From an uncultured Eubacteriales bacterium (GTDB taxonomy: Bacteria > Bacillota > Clostridia > Oscillospirales > Acutalibacteraceae), in the NCBI GenBank assembly GCA_934491515.1, contig CAKSTF010000001.1:60861-124860 (forward strand): a stretch of 64,000 nt of DNA, read 5' to 3'. The notes beneath the pieces were generated by a model. It searched no databases and had not been told where the DNA came from. It saw nothing but the letters and a program-made list of their open reading frames with translations. The position numbers were made by a program, and so were the translations under genes. This document shows positions 19,576 to 29,942 of this stretch, one piece after another. Numbering within the stretch: the first letter of the stretch is position 1; every line of letters begins with the position of its first letter.

Positions 19576-19746
19576 TTATTCTTCGGAAATAGCCTCAACA
19601 GGGCAGCCTGCCGCACACGCACCGCAAGAGCAGCACTTTTCGGGGTCGATCTCGTAATGAGCGTCGCCTTCGGAAATAGCGTCACAGGGGCAACCGCCGG
19701 CGCAAGCGCCGCAGCTGATGCAATCATCGGAAATTTTAAATGCCAT
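19576..19746 (-). CDS. fdx: Clostridial-type 2x[4Fe-4S] ferredoxin (56 aa; absent from the ORF track)
   Basis: The reverse complement reads MAFKISDDCISCGACAGGCPCDAISEGDAHYEIDPEKCCSCGACAAGCPVEAISEE*. It contains two CxxCxxCxxxCP motifs. A GGAGGTG RBS lies upstream. Confidence 0.88.
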   Translation of the reverse strand: MAFKISDDCISCGACAGGCPCDAISEGDAHYEIDPEKCCSCGACAAGCPVEAISEE

Positions 19747-20004
19747 TCTTAACACCTCCGGTCAAAAAAAGTAATAGAGTTTTAAAAGTTAAAGGATTTT
19801 CCCTCACCGTAATTCTACCACATTACAGAAAAAAATCAATAGTAATCTTTTACCTTAAAATTAAACACTTTTCGCGATGTATGTGCAAAATCGCAAAAAA
19901 TCCGCGTTTTTACACAAAAGCGGCGGACCGGGAAAACAATCGGGATAAGGCGGTTTTTCTAAAGAACGGCGCCTTATCGGCCGCGTTGCCCTCCGCTTAT
20001 AATA

Positions 20005-20871
20005 TCATTCAAGTTCTTTCAGTTCTGCATTTTCCTCTTCGCGTTCTTTTTTGCCGCGTTTTCCGCGCGAAAGAATTTTTACCCTGTCCCTGTTTGTTTT
20101 AAAGGGGATTCCGTTTTCCTCTTTAGGCTTTACTATAAGGTTGCCGGTTATATAATTTACGTCCACAACCACTCCGATGCCCTCGGGAGATTTTACCGTG
20201 CAGCCGAGTCCGGGAGTTATCTTCATCAGGTGCTCGTAAGAATCCTGCTCGTATTTAAGGCAGCACATAAGTCTTCCGCAGCTGCCCGATATTTTTGTGG
20301 GGTTAAGGGAAAGACCCTGCTCTTTAGCCATTTTTATGGAAACCGGTTCAAAATCCGCCAAAAAGCGCTTGCAGCAATAGGGCTGCCCGCAAATGCCTAT
20401 TCCTCCGAGCATCCGCGCTTCATCGCGCACGCCTATCTGGCGCAGTTCTATACGGGTGTGGAACTGTGCCGCAAGATCTTTTACAAGTTCCCTGAAATCG
20501 ACCCTGCCGTCCGCCGTGAAGAAAAAGGTTATTTTGCTGCCGTCAAAAGCATATTCAACACGGATAAGTTTCATCGCAAGGCCGTGTGCTTCTATCTTTT
20601 TTTCACATATTCCGAAGGCGGTTTCTTCCTTTCGGGCATTTTCTTTCAGGGTGCGCATATCCTTTTCGTCCGCCTTGCGCAGCACCTTTTTAAGCGGACT
20701 TACCACGCTTTCCTGCGGCACATCGTGATTGCCCTCGGTAACGTTTACGCAGGAAACGCCGTTTGAAGTTTCAACAACGGCGCGGTCGCCCTCTTTAAAA
20801 TCTATACCGTCCGGATCGAAATAGTACGACCTGCCGACATCCTTAAATTTTACAGATATAACATTTGCCAT
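20005..20871 (-). CDS. yaaT: PSP1-domain protein YaaT/RicT
   Basis: 288 aa with the Cys-rich PSP1 core (GICGQPYCCKRFL...CGRLMCCLKYE). It lies directly downstream of holB, as in Bacillus. Confidence 0.85.
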   Translation of the reverse strand: MANVISVKFKDVGRSYYFDPDGIDFKEGDRAVVETSNGVSCVNVTEGNHDVPQESVVSPLKKVLRKADEKDMRTLKENARKEETAFGICEKKIEAHGLAMKLIRVEYAFDGSKITFFFTADGRVDFRELVKDLAAQFHTRIELRQIGVRDEARMLGGIGICGQPYCCKRFLADFEPVSIKMAKEQGLSLNPTKISGSCGRLMCCLKYEQDSYEHLMKITPGLGCTVKSPEGIGVVVDVNYITGNLIVKPKEENGIPFKTNRDRVKILSRGKRGKKEREEENAELKELE

Positions 20872-20875
20872 ATAT

Positions 20876-21808
20876 TTACCTCTTATATTCGCTTATATCC
20901 GCCGCAACGCTGCAAAACAGCAGCGGCAGATTTACATTGCTTTTCAGTCTTTCGATGTATTTATCGGTCTCTCCGTACACGCCGTAAAGCACCTTTGCGC
21001 GTTTTCCGTGCGGCGGCAGTTTTTTTATTTCGGCTGCCAGTGCCGTTTTAAGTTCGACAAAAAACGCGTCTGCCGAAACGCGGTCTTTTCCGGCAGCGGC
21101 CAGCGCCTTTATCATATCGTATTCTCCGCCCGAAAAAATAAGTTTTACAAAATCCCCGGCAGCAGCCTTTGCGGTGTTTTTTCCGCCTGTTTTAAACAGC
21201 GACAGCGCCGCGCCGATACTTCCGTTTGAAAGTTTTAAAAGTTCGTTTGCCGTGTCTGTGTTACAGCCGGCAAGTTCTGCCAGCACGGCGGCGCCGTCCT
21301 CCGCCGCAGGGGAGGACAAATCCATACGCGTACAGCGCGAAAGCACCGTTACAAGCAATGCGGAAACATTTTTCGCCAGAAGAATAAAATGCGTGTTTTC
21401 AGGCGGTTCTTCAAGCACCTTTAAAAGCGCGTTCTGCGCGCTTGTGTTCATACAGTCGGCATTGCGGATTATAAATACCTTGCTTTCCGCCTCATGCGGT
21501 TTTATAAACGCATCGCTCCGTATTTCCCGTATCACGGAAACGCCTATTTCCTTTTTGCCGCTTTCGCGGTCAACATATATCACGTCGGGATGATTACCGG
21601 ATAAAACCGCCCTGCAGTTTTTACATTCACCGCAGGGACGTTCGCCTGCGCCACTACAAACGGCTGCCGCCGCTATATACTTTGCAAGGGTATTCTTTCC
21701 TTGCCCCTCGCCGCCGGTTATAAGCAGGGCATGCGGCATTCTGCCGCGGGCGGCGAATGCCCCGACCGCAGTCCTTACCCTTTCGTTACCGGCAAGAGGA
21801 AACATCAT
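20876..21808 (-). CDS. holB: DNA polymerase III delta-prime subunit
   Basis: 310 aa. HALLITGGEGQGKNTLA, zinc module CGECKNC, and the SRC motif (LSRC). Confidence 0.85.
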   Translation of the reverse strand: MMFPLAGNERVRTAVGAFAARGRMPHALLITGGEGQGKNTLAKYIAAAAVCSGAGERPCGECKNCRAVLSGNHPDVIYVDRESGKKEIGVSVIREIRSDAFIKPHEAESKVFIIRNADCMNTSAQNALLKVLEEPPENTHFILLAKNVSALLVTVLSRCTRMDLSSPAAEDGAAVLAELAGCNTDTANELLKLSNGSIGAALSLFKTGGKNTAKAAAGDFVKLIFSGGEYDMIKALAAAGKDRVSADAFFVELKTALAAEIKKLPPHGKRAKVLYGVYGETDKYIERLKSNVNLPLLFCSVAADISEYKR

Positions 21809-22812
21809 AAAACAAAACCGACCTTTTTCATAGCCTTAAAGTAAACCTTGCGTGCGTCTTTTTCGGCGCGTGCGGCACCGTCGCGGAATATGCGCTCAAG
21901 CTCCGCTTTATCCGATATATATTTTTCGTAACTTTCCCTTACCGGGGCAAGTTCCGCCGCAACCGCTTCGCCCACGGCAAGTTTAAAATCGCCGTAGCCT
22001 TTGCCTTCAAACTCTTTTTCGATCTCCTGCGCGGTTTTGCCCGTAACGCAGGAATAAATACCTATAAGGTTGCTTACACCCGGCTTTCCCTCGCTTACGC
22101 GTATGATGTTGTCGCTGTCGGTAACGGCACGGCGGAATTTGCGTATCACCGTGTCCTTATCGTCAAGTATCGCAACGTATGCGTTGGGGTTTTCGTCCGA
22201 CTTGGACATCTTTTTAGAGGGGTCCTGAAGCGACATTATGCGCGCGCCGGCTTTGGGTATATAGGGTTCTGGAAGTTTAAATACCTCGCCGTAGTTGTGA
22301 TTGAATCTTGCCGCTATATCGCGGGCTATTTCAAGGTGCTGTTTCTGGTCTGCACCCACAGGCACATAATCCGGCCTGTAAAGCAGTATATCCGCCGCCA
22401 TAAGCACGGGGTAGGAAAAAAGTCCCACGTTCACGTTGTCGGCATGCTTTGCGGATTTATCCTTAAACTGCGTCATACGCGACATTTCACCGAACTGCGT
22501 ATTGCAGGAAAGCAGCCAGGTAAGCGCCGTATGCTCGGGAACATGCGACTGTATAAACATAACGCTTTTCTGCGGATCAAGACCCAGCGCCAGCAAAAGC
22601 GCAAATGTAGAATATATCTGCGCACGGAATTTTGCCGGTTCCTGCCTTACGGTTATCGCGTGAAGATCGGCAACGGCAAAGGTGCAGTCAAATTCGTCCT
22701 GCATACTTTTCCAGTTTTTAAGCGCACCGAGATAATTACCCAAAGTAAGCATACCGCTTGGCTGTATGCAGCTTAAAACCTTTTTCTTTTCGTTTAATAC
22801 TGTTTCAGACAT
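21805..22812 (-). CDS. trpS: Tryptophan--tRNA ligase
   Basis: 335 aa. HIGH-region PSGMLTLGNYLGA and a KMSKS motif. Overlaps holB by 4 nt. Confidence 0.95.
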   Translation of the reverse strand: MSETVLNEKKKVLSCIQPSGMLTLGNYLGALKNWKSMQDEFDCTFAVADLHAITVRQEPAKFRAQIYSTFALLLALGLDPQKSVMFIQSHVPEHTALTWLLSCNTQFGEMSRMTQFKDKSAKHADNVNVGLFSYPVLMAADILLYRPDYVPVGADQKQHLEIARDIAARFNHNYGEVFKLPEPYIPKAGARIMSLQDPSKKMSKSDENPNAYVAILDDKDTVIRKFRRAVTDSDNIIRVSEGKPGVSNLIGIYSCVTGKTAQEIEKEFEGKGYGDFKLAVGEAVAAELAPVRESYEKYISDKAELERIFRDGAARAEKDARKVYFKAMKKVGFVL

Positions 22813-22843
22813 ATAAAAAAGCCCCTAAATACTGATTTTTCCG

Positions 22844-24430
22844 TTAATTCCTGCTGAAATCGCGAAGAACAAGACCATCGTTTTTATCAAGTGCCCAGTT
22901 AATATTCCACTCGCTTGTAAAAATAAGCAGATCGTTACCCTTAAAGTCCTGCACCCACTTTGTATCGGAAGTAAGGTTAAGGTTTTTAACATCGCACTCG
23001 CCGTCTATCCAGCGGATAAACTGGTACGGCAGATTGTTTCTTATCACCTGTACATTATACTCGTTTTTAAGGCGATATTCAAGCACCTCGAACTGAAGCA
23101 CGCCCACAACGCCCACTATAACCTTTTCCATACCGGAGTTGGGTTCGTGGAATATCTGTATCGCGCCCTCCTGCGCTATCTGCTCAACACCCTTTACAAA
23201 CTGCTTTCTTTTAAGGCTGTCAAGATGTTCTATAACCGCAAAATGTTCGGGAGCGAATGTAGGTATGCCCTCAAACTCCACCTTGTTTTTTACGTTGCAC
23301 ACGGTGTCGCCTATGGAAAAAATACCCGGGTCGAAAACGCCGATTATATCACCGGCGTATGCCTCGTTCACTATCTGGCGGCTGTCCGCCATAAGCTGCT
23401 GCGGCTGTGAAAGTCTTAACGCTCTGCCGCCCTGAACGTGATAATACTCGCGGTCGCGTTCAAATTTGCCGGAACATATGCGCATAAAGGTCATACGGTC
23501 GCGGTGCGCTTTATTCATATTCGCCTGTATTTTAAACACAAATGCCGAAAAATTTTCGCTTGCGGGATCAACGCTGCCCGATTTGGTGTCCCTTGCAAGG
23601 GGAGGGGTGGTCATTGAAAGGAAATTCTCCAAAAACGGCTCCACGCCGAAATTGGTAAGCGCCGAACCGAAAAACACGGGAGTAAGCGCGCCGCTGCGAA
23701 CCTTTTCAATATCAAACTCAAAACTTGCGCCGTCAAGAAGTTCTATCTGGTCTACAAGTTCTTTTCTTGAATACTCGCCTATAAGTTCGTCAAGTTTTGC
23801 GGTGTCGGTAATATCGCACTCCGTGGCGGCAAGTTTTTCCTGCCCCTTATGAAATTCGTTAAAGGCAAGTATCTGCCTGCGGTTTCTGTCAAAAACGCCT
23901 TTAAATCCCACACCGCAGCCTATCGGCCAGTTTACGGGATAGGTGCCTATTCCGAATTCTTTTTCAAGTTCGTCTATAAGTTCAAACGGATCGCGTGCTT
24001 CGCGGTCAAGTTTGTTTATAAAGGTAAATATCGGTATATGCCTCATGGCGGTTACTTTAAAAAGTTTCCTTGTCTGCGGTTCTATACCCTTTGCCGCGTC
24101 TATTACCATAACAACGCTGTCAGCCGCCATAAGGGTTCTGTATGTGTCCTCGGAAAAGTCCTGATGTCCGGGGGTGTCAAGAATGTTTATGCAGTACCCC
24201 TCGTACTCAAACTGCATAACCGACGACGTTATGGATATTCCCCTTTGTTTTTCAAGTTCCATCCAGTCGGAAACGGCGTGCTTTGCCGTTGCCTTGCCTT
24301 TTACGGACCCTGCTTTCTGTATCGCGCCGCCGTAAAGAAGCAACTTTTCGGTAAGGGTGGTCTTGCCGGCGTCGGGGTGAGAGATTATCGCAAATGTTCT
24401 TCTGCGCTCTATTTCTTTTTTAAAGTCCAC
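22844..24430 (-). CDS. prfC: Peptide chain release factor 3
   Basis: 528 aa. SHPDAGKTTLTE, DTPGHQDF and NKLD. Confidence 0.95.
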   Translation of the reverse strand: MDFKKEIERRRTFAIISHPDAGKTTLTEKLLLYGGAIQKAGSVKGKATAKHAVSDWMELEKQRGISITSSVMQFEYEGYCINILDTPGHQDFSEDTYRTLMAADSVVMVIDAAKGIEPQTRKLFKVTAMRHIPIFTFINKLDREARDPFELIDELEKEFGIGTYPVNWPIGCGVGFKGVFDRNRRQILAFNEFHKGQEKLAATECDITDTAKLDELIGEYSRKELVDQIELLDGASFEFDIEKVRSGALTPVFFGSALTNFGVEPFLENFLSMTTPPLARDTKSGSVDPASENFSAFVFKIQANMNKAHRDRMTFMRICSGKFERDREYYHVQGGRALRLSQPQQLMADSRQIVNEAYAGDIIGVFDPGIFSIGDTVCNVKNKVEFEGIPTFAPEHFAVIEHLDSLKRKQFVKGVEQIAQEGAIQIFHEPNSGMEKVIVGVVGVLQFEVLEYRLKNEYNVQVIRNNLPYQFIRWIDGECDVKNLNLTSDTKWVQDFKGNDLLIFTSEWNINWALDKNDGLVLRDFSRN

Positions 24431-24496
24431 GTTATTTCTCCTTTATATATTAAACAGTATAGATTTTAACATATTATTCCGCATTTCGCAACACTA

Positions 24497-24525
24497 TTGA
24501 AAAACCTTTTTCTTTGTGGTAAACT
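24497..24525 (+). promoter_or_regulatory. Sigma-A-type promoter
   Basis: TTGAAA (24497-24502), 17-nt spacer, TGgTAAACT extended -10 (24517-24525). Confidence 0.45.
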
Positions 24526-24569
24526 GAAAAGGCAAAATGCAGAACGTTTTTTTCAAAGGGGATTTAAAA

Positions 24570-24839
24570 ATGTACGAAGAAAGCAAATACCGCCCGCTTT
24601 CACCGTGGGCATATTTCGGATATCAAATCTTATTTTCTTTGCCTGTTCTGGGATTTATATTCCTTATTATCTATTCTCTTTCGGATAAAAATATCAACCG
24701 CAGGAATTTTGCACGCTCGTATTTTTGCGTTTTGGCGCTTTTGCTTATAGTTTTTGCGGTTTTGCTTGTTCTAGGCATAGGCACGAGCATTTTCGACGCA
24801 ATTCGGGCATTTTTCATATCAACATATAAAAGAATTTGA
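24570..24839 (+). CDS. Small membrane protein (2 TM)
   Basis: I prefer the MYEESKY start at ATG 24570. It has two long hydrophobic segments. I recognise no family. Confidence 0.55.
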   Translation: MYEESKYRPLSPWAYFGYQILFSLPVLGFIFLIIYSLSDKNINRRNFARSYFCVLALLLIVFAVLLVLGIGTSIFDAIRAFFISTYKRI

Positions 24840-24921
24840 AAAAATTTAAAAAAATTGTTTACATTTTATTTTTTGTTTGTTATAATACTCTTGTAAAATT
24901 ATCTCCGTGGAGGTTTTTGAA

Positions 24922-25437
24922 ATGAAAAAGATCATAGCAGTTATCGTTTGCATAGCAGTTCTGTGCACACTTTCGGTTGCAGCTTTCGCTACCAGCCCTT
25001 CGGGGACACCCATGATTAACGTTATCATAAGAAAAGCGGACGGCCTTGAGGGCGTTACGAAGGTTGATGAAAAAACAGCTCTCGAAATGACCGACAACGG
25101 CGTTATCGTTAGGATAAAGACCAATTCCATATACGGCAATTTCAATAACTGGCGCATCTATAAGCCCGATTCTTCCGCACAGGGTTACTCTGCCGCTGTT
25201 GAAGGCACCGATTACCGTATAATCGAGGGTTCTCTTACATCGGTTGCCCTTAAGGTAAATGTTTTCTCGGATGTTATCATATGCGGTAACTACAACGGTA
25301 CTATCACCGATCCTCTTTCTGCAAGTAGCCAGGGTTCGGCTCCGCTTACCGCAGATATGTCGGTCGTTTGCGCAGCAATCGTTATGCTCGCTGCAGCAGG
25401 CATGGTTATGAGCGCAAAGAAAGTTTTTTCTAAATAA
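24922..25437 (+). CDS. Secreted protein with C-terminal TM anchor
   Basis: Start MKKIIAV after GTGGAGG. Signal peptide, and a C-terminal hydrophobic helix followed by the basic tail SAKKVFSK. Confidence 0.6.
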   Translation: MKKIIAVIVCIAVLCTLSVAAFATSPSGTPMINVIIRKADGLEGVTKVDEKTALEMTDNGVIVRIKTNSIYGNFNNWRIYKPDSSAQGYSAAVEGTDYRIIEGSLTSVALKVNVFSDVIICGNYNGTITDPLSASSQGSAPLTADMSVVCAAIVMLAAAGMVMSAKKVFSK

Positions 25438-25455
25438 TTAACTGCAAAATATATT

Positions 25456-25482
25456 CAGCCGGTCTTTTGACCGGCTGTTTTT
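25456..25482 (+). terminator. Intrinsic terminator
   Basis: Stem CAGCCGGTC/GACCGGCTG, loop TTTT, followed by TTTTT. Confidence 0.75.
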
Positions 25483-25513
25483 GTATAATTTTTACGCGCC
25501 GCCTTATAAGACA

Positions 25514-25556
25514 TAAAAACGCACCCTTTTCCGAAAACCAAAAGGATGCGTTTTTG
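25514..25556. terminator. Terminator next to the ksgA stop
   Basis: Stem ACGCACCCTTTT/AAAAGGATGCGT (one mismatch), flanked by A- and T-runs. It lies 6 nt from the ksgA stop. Confidence 0.55.
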
Positions 25557-25561
25557 TGTTC

Positions 25562-26431
25562 TTATTCCGAAAACAAATTTGATATATCGGCTATCTGCTT
25601 TAAAGTCAGCGTTTCGCCGCGGACCGTATCGGGAATATCAAGACCTGCCAGCGCGGTTCTTACCCTTTCTTTTTCAAATCCCATTGTGTTTGAAAGGGTG
25701 TTGAGAAGCGTTTTTCTGCGCTGTGCAAAGCACGCCCTTATAACGCGGAAAAACATTTCTTCGTTTTTCACCTCTACCGGAGGCTGTTTTAAAATATCCA
25801 GTTTAATAACCGCGGAATCGACCTTGGGCTGCGGTACAAATGCGATTCTGGGTACGGCAAAAAGCATTTCAGGCGCGGCATAATATCTTACCGCCGCGGT
25901 TACCGCACCGGCGGCGCGGGTGCCTACCTCGGCGCAAAGGCGGTCCGCCGTCTCTTTCTGAACCATAACGGTAATGCTGTCGATCGGGAGTTTTGATTCG
26001 ATAAGCCGCATTATCACAGGTGAAGTTATATAATACGGCAGATTTGCGCAAACGGTAACCCGCTTGCAGTCCGCAAATTCTTCCGCTATAAGCGCCGCAA
26101 GGTCTGTCTTTAAAACATCCCCGAACACCACCTTGGCATTTTTGCAGTTTTCAAGCGTTTTTGTAAGAACCGGCCGCAGGCGCTCGTCTATCTCAATCGA
26201 AACAACGCGTCCTGCTGCCGCGGAAAGCGCAAGGGTTAAAACTCCGGCTCCGGGACCTATTTCCAGAACACCCGTTTCTTTATCTGCCGCTGCCGCCGCC
26301 ATACGCGGGCAAACGGTGTCGTCGGTAATAAAATTCTGACCCAGCGATTTTTTAAAGGAGAAGCCCTCTTCATCCAAAATCTTTTTAACATTCTTTTTAT
26401 CGGCAAGATTCAAATCTTTTCCGCCTTTCAT
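25562..26431 (-). CDS. rsmA: 16S rRNA (adenine1518/1519-N6)-dimethyltransferase
   Basis: The ATG at 26431 gives MKGGKDLNLADKKNVKKILDEEGFSFKKSLGQNFI, which aligns with the Bacillus KsgA N-terminus. SAM motif EIGPGAGVLT. Confidence 0.9.
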   Translation of the reverse strand: MKGGKDLNLADKKNVKKILDEEGFSFKKSLGQNFITDDTVCPRMAAAAADKETGVLEIGPGAGVLTLALSAAAGRVVSIEIDERLRPVLTKTLENCKNAKVVFGDVLKTDLAALIAEEFADCKRVTVCANLPYYITSPVIMRLIESKLPIDSITVMVQKETADRLCAEVGTRAAGAVTAAVRYYAAPEMLFAVPRIAFVPQPKVDSAVIKLDILKQPPVEVKNEEMFFRVIRACFAQRRKTLLNTLSNTMGFEKERVRTALAGLDIPDTVRGETLTLKQIADISNLFSE

Positions 26432-26570
26432 CGGTAACTTTGATGCAGCAATAGTTATTATACGGCTTATGCGCCGTTCTTTCAAGAAAAAATTAGGTGA
26501 CAAACGGTGCTGCCTGTGTTATAATGAGTGAGTATTTTTCGGACACATAATATTTTAGGAGTGAATTTCT

Positions 26571-27311
26571 TTGGAAAATCATTATTTTGACAGCGTTATT
26601 GCCGAAATGAAGCCCCTTTTTGACGAACAGGGTTTCTCCTTGCAGGAGGACGGCAGTTATAAAAACGATAAAAAATCCGTAAAGGTAGAGTATGACGAAA
26701 AATCCCTTATGTACCGCCTTTTTATGGCAGAAGTAACGGAAGAGGGCGTAGGCGAATATACAGAAGTTTCCTCCTGGCTGTTTGACGACACCCAGAACGC
26801 CAAGGACGCCGAAAGTGTGGGTATGGACTTTTCCGAAACCGTTCGCGGCAAGATAGGCGCAAAACTTACCCGCAAGACCGACGCACAGGTAGATCTTCCC
26901 GCATTTTCAAAGGACGGCGCTTTCAACGTTACCGCCTTTACAAAGAAGGTTCTTGACGTTTTTCCTACGCTTAAGGACGCTTACAGGGAACACATTGCGA
27001 AATACGGCAACTTCCTTTATCTTGACTTTTTCGGGATATATCTTGTTCCCGAACTTAAAAAAGTATACACAGAAAACAACAAAAAGGCCGTTAAAAAAAC
27101 TACCGAAGTTTTCACGAACGCCTATATAAGCGGCGACAAGGAAGCGGTAAATGTTGTTGTTGCGGTGCTTTCTGCCGCAGCAACCGACGAAAAGGTAAAA
27201 GCCAACCTTTTTGCCGCGCTTGACGGCAACGACCACCTTAAAAAGTCGGTTGAATCGTTCATACCCTGCGTGCGCAAAAACAGCAAACTTTCAAAACTCC
27301 TTTTGAAGTAA
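26571..27311 (+). CDS. Hypothetical acidic protein
   Basis: 246 aa. TTG start 10 nt after AGGAG. I recognise no family. Confidence 0.55.
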   Translation: MENHYFDSVIAEMKPLFDEQGFSLQEDGSYKNDKKSVKVEYDEKSLMYRLFMAEVTEEGVGEYTEVSSWLFDDTQNAKDAESVGMDFSETVRGKIGAKLTRKTDAQVDLPAFSKDGAFNVTAFTKKVLDVFPTLKDAYREHIAKYGNFLYLDFFGIYLVPELKKVYTENNKKAVKKTTEVFTNAYISGDKEAVNVVVAVLSAAATDEKVKANLFAALDGNDHLKKSVESFIPCVRKNSKLSKLLLK

Positions 27312-27344
27312 ATTGTCCCGACTGCTTTGTCCGGACAGAACAGT

Positions 27345-27398
27345 AAAAAATCAGATCCCGTTCCGCAAGGCGAAAACCTTGCGGAACGGGACTTTTTT
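27345..27398. terminator. Bidirectional terminator
   Basis: 15-bp stem TCCCGTTCCGCAAGG/CCTTGCGGAACGGGA (27356-27391), flanked by AAAAAA and TTTTTT. Confidence 0.8.
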
Positions 27399-28374
27399 AA
27401 AGCATGCCGTGCAGTAATTCTTCGTAATCTTTTGCCGATAAATCGCGCGGCGCAATATCAAACATTGTTTTGCAGCCCGTATCGCCCCTGCCGTTCATTC
27501 TTACCGCAGCGCGCGCAGCCGCCGCCAGAACGCTTCCCGTAAATTCGGGGTTTGAATCAAGTTTAAGGCTGAATTCCGCCGTATGGCCGTGTTCGCCGCA
27601 AATCCCCGTTTTGCCGTTTCTTATAACAAATCCGCCGTGCGGCAGACTGCGGTGATTTTTCTGCATTTCCGCCTCTTTAATAAAGGTAACCGTTGTATCG
27701 TAATCGGCAAAATAGTTAGGCATTTCCTTTATTTGCTTTTCTATTTTTGCTTTATCGGCACCATCTGCCGCAACAACATAACATTCCCTTAAATGCATCT
27801 GCCGCGCGGTAAAATCCGATGCGTCGCCGCTTCTTACGGCAGAAAGCGTATCTTCTACCGGCACGGTATACTGCCGTGCGTCAACAACGCCTTCTATTCT
27901 TCTTATGGCGTCCGAATGGCCCTGACTTACGCCCCTGCCCCAAAAAGTGTGGGACTTTCCGTTTGGCAGAACGCTTTCAAGGTAAATTCTTGCAAGCGAA
28001 AACATACCGGGATCCCAGCCGGCAGATATAACCGCCGTTTTTCCGCCTTTTTTTGCCGCCGCATCGGTGTTTTTAAAATGCTTCGGTATGTCGGCATGGG
28101 TATCAAAACTGTCCACAACGTTAAAATCCGCGGCGAGTGCCGGCGTCATTTCGGGCAGGTCGGTAGCCGAACCGCCGCAGATTATAAGAACGTCTATCTT
28201 ATCCTTGAATTTATTAAGTTCCGATACGCTGTATACGGGCGCTCCCGTAATGCTTTTGACGGTTTTTGGGTCGCGCCTTGTAAAAATACCTGCAAGTGAC
28301 ATATCATTTGCGGCGCTTACTGCAAGTTCCGTTCCTTTACCGAGATTTCCGTATCCGTAAATTCCTACTTTCAT
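27397..28374 (-). CDS. ddh: meso-Diaminopimelate D-dehydrogenase
   Basis: 325 aa, collinear with Corynebacterium Ddh (GYGNLGK, GWDPGMFS, SQGHSDA, MPHGG). Confidence 0.9.
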   Translation of the reverse strand: MKVGIYGYGNLGKGTELAVSAANDMSLAGIFTRRDPKTVKSITGAPVYSVSELNKFKDKIDVLIICGGSATDLPEMTPALAADFNVVDSFDTHADIPKHFKNTDAAAKKGGKTAVISAGWDPGMFSLARIYLESVLPNGKSHTFWGRGVSQGHSDAIRRIEGVVDARQYTVPVEDTLSAVRSGDASDFTARQMHLRECYVVAADGADKAKIEKQIKEMPNYFADYDTTVTFIKEAEMQKNHRSLPHGGFVIRNGKTGICGEHGHTAEFSLKLDSNPEFTGSVLAAAARAAVRMNGRGDTGCKTMFDIAPRDLSAKDYEELLHGML

Positions 28375-28451
28375 AATCTTGACCTCGCTTATCAGATTTC
28401 TCCCGAAAATTTATAATATCCTGCCGAAAAGTATCCGGCAGGATATTTTTA

Positions 28452-29891
28452 TCAATACGCCTTACCCCAATAAAGCATGTGCTTTGCTTTTTTGCCGCAG
28501 CACACGCAGGTGTCGCTTAAATGCTCTTCACCCTCAAAGGGAATACAGCGCGAAGTAACGCCTATTTCTTCTTTAAGACGATCCTCGCATGCGGTATCGC
28601 CGCACCACATAGCCTTTATAAATCCGGGCTTATTATCGGCAATATCTTTCATTTCTTCAAGATTATGCGCGGCATAGGTCATACGCTCACGGCGGGCAAG
28701 CGCCTTTTCGTAAAGACCGTCGCGCACGGCCTTTAAGAGTTCGGGAATGCGTTCTGTAAGTTCCGACAGCGCAACGATGGTCTTTTCACCGCTATCGCGG
28801 CGTACAACCACGCAGTTGCCGTTTTCTATGTCGCGGGGACCTATCTCTATGCGAAGGGGCACGCCCTTCATCTCATACTCTGCAAACTTCCAGCCGGGTG
28901 TGCGGTCCGAAGTATCGCATTTAACGCGACAAACGTTTTTAAGTTTCGCGGTTATTTCCTGCGCTTTTTCGGAAACGCCGGGTTTATGCGAGGCAATCGG
29001 TATAACAACCGCCTGAACGGGCGCCACGGCAGGAGGGAGTACCAGTCCGTTATCGTCACCGTGGGTCATAATAACCGCGCCTATAAGGCGGGTGGTAGAA
29101 CCCCATGAAGTCTGGAAAGGATACTGAAGTTTGTTGTCTTTATCCGTAAACTGAACGCCGAATGCCCTTGAAAAACCGTCCCCGAAAAAGTGGGAAGTAC
29201 CGCTTTGCAGCGCCTTGCCGTCGTGCATAAGCGCCTCTATCGTGTAGGTGGCTACAGCACCCGCAAAACGTTCTTTTTCGGTCTTTTTACCGCGGACTAC
29301 CGGCATTGCAAGATATTCTTCCGCAAAGCGCGCATAAACGCCGAGCATCTGCTCGGTTTCTCTTTCCGCCTCCTCGGCGGTGGCGTGCAGGGTGTGACCC
29401 TCCTGCCAGAGAAATTCGCGCGAACGTAGGAAAGGACGCGTGGTTTTCTCCCATCTTACAACCGAGCACCACTGATTGTAAAGTTTCGGCAGGTCGCGGT
29501 AGGAATGTACCACGTTTTTAAAATGGTCGCAGAAAAGCGTTTCGGAAGTAGGCCTTACGCAAAGTCGTTCCTCTAACTTTTCCTCGCCGCCCATAGTAAC
29601 CCACGCAACTTCGGGCGCAAAACCCTCGACATGGTCCTTTTCTTTCTGCAAAAGGCTTTCGGGGATAAAAAGGGGCATATACACGTTTTCGTGGCCCAGT
29701 TCTTTAAACATACCGTCCATAATGTGCTGTATATTTTCCCATATTGCGTACCCGTAGGGGCGGATTATCATACACCCTTTTACGGATGAATAATCTATAA
29801 GTTCCGCTTTAAGGCATACGTCCGTATACCATTTGGCGAAATCTTCGTCCATTGAAGTAATTTCTTTTACTGCTTTTTCGTTGTTTGCCAT
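28452..29891 (-). CDS. proS: Proline--tRNA ligase (archaeal/eukaryote-like type)
   Basis: About 479 aa from ATG 29891. Class II core, no bacterial INS editing insertion, and a C-terminal Zn-type domain (CVCCGKKA). Confidence 0.92.
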   Translation of the reverse strand: MANNEKAVKEITSMDEDFAKWYTDVCLKAELIDYSSVKGCMIIRPYGYAIWENIQHIMDGMFKELGHENVYMPLFIPESLLQKEKDHVEGFAPEVAWVTMGGEEKLEERLCVRPTSETLFCDHFKNVVHSYRDLPKLYNQWCSVVRWEKTTRPFLRSREFLWQEGHTLHATAEEAERETEQMLGVYARFAEEYLAMPVVRGKKTEKERFAGAVATYTIEALMHDGKALQSGTSHFFGDGFSRAFGVQFTDKDNKLQYPFQTSWGSTTRLIGAVIMTHGDDNGLVLPPAVAPVQAVVIPIASHKPGVSEKAQEITAKLKNVCRVKCDTSDRTPGWKFAEYEMKGVPLRIEIGPRDIENGNCVVVRRDSGEKTIVALSELTERIPELLKAVRDGLYEKALARRERMTYAAHNLEEMKDIADNKPGFIKAMWCGDTACEDRLKEEIGVTSRCIPFEGEEHLSDTCVCCGKKAKHMLYWGKAY

Positions 29892-29942
29892 ATAAATCAC
29901 CGTTTCTTAAACTTTGAAATAATTGAAGTTATGTAAATTTTG

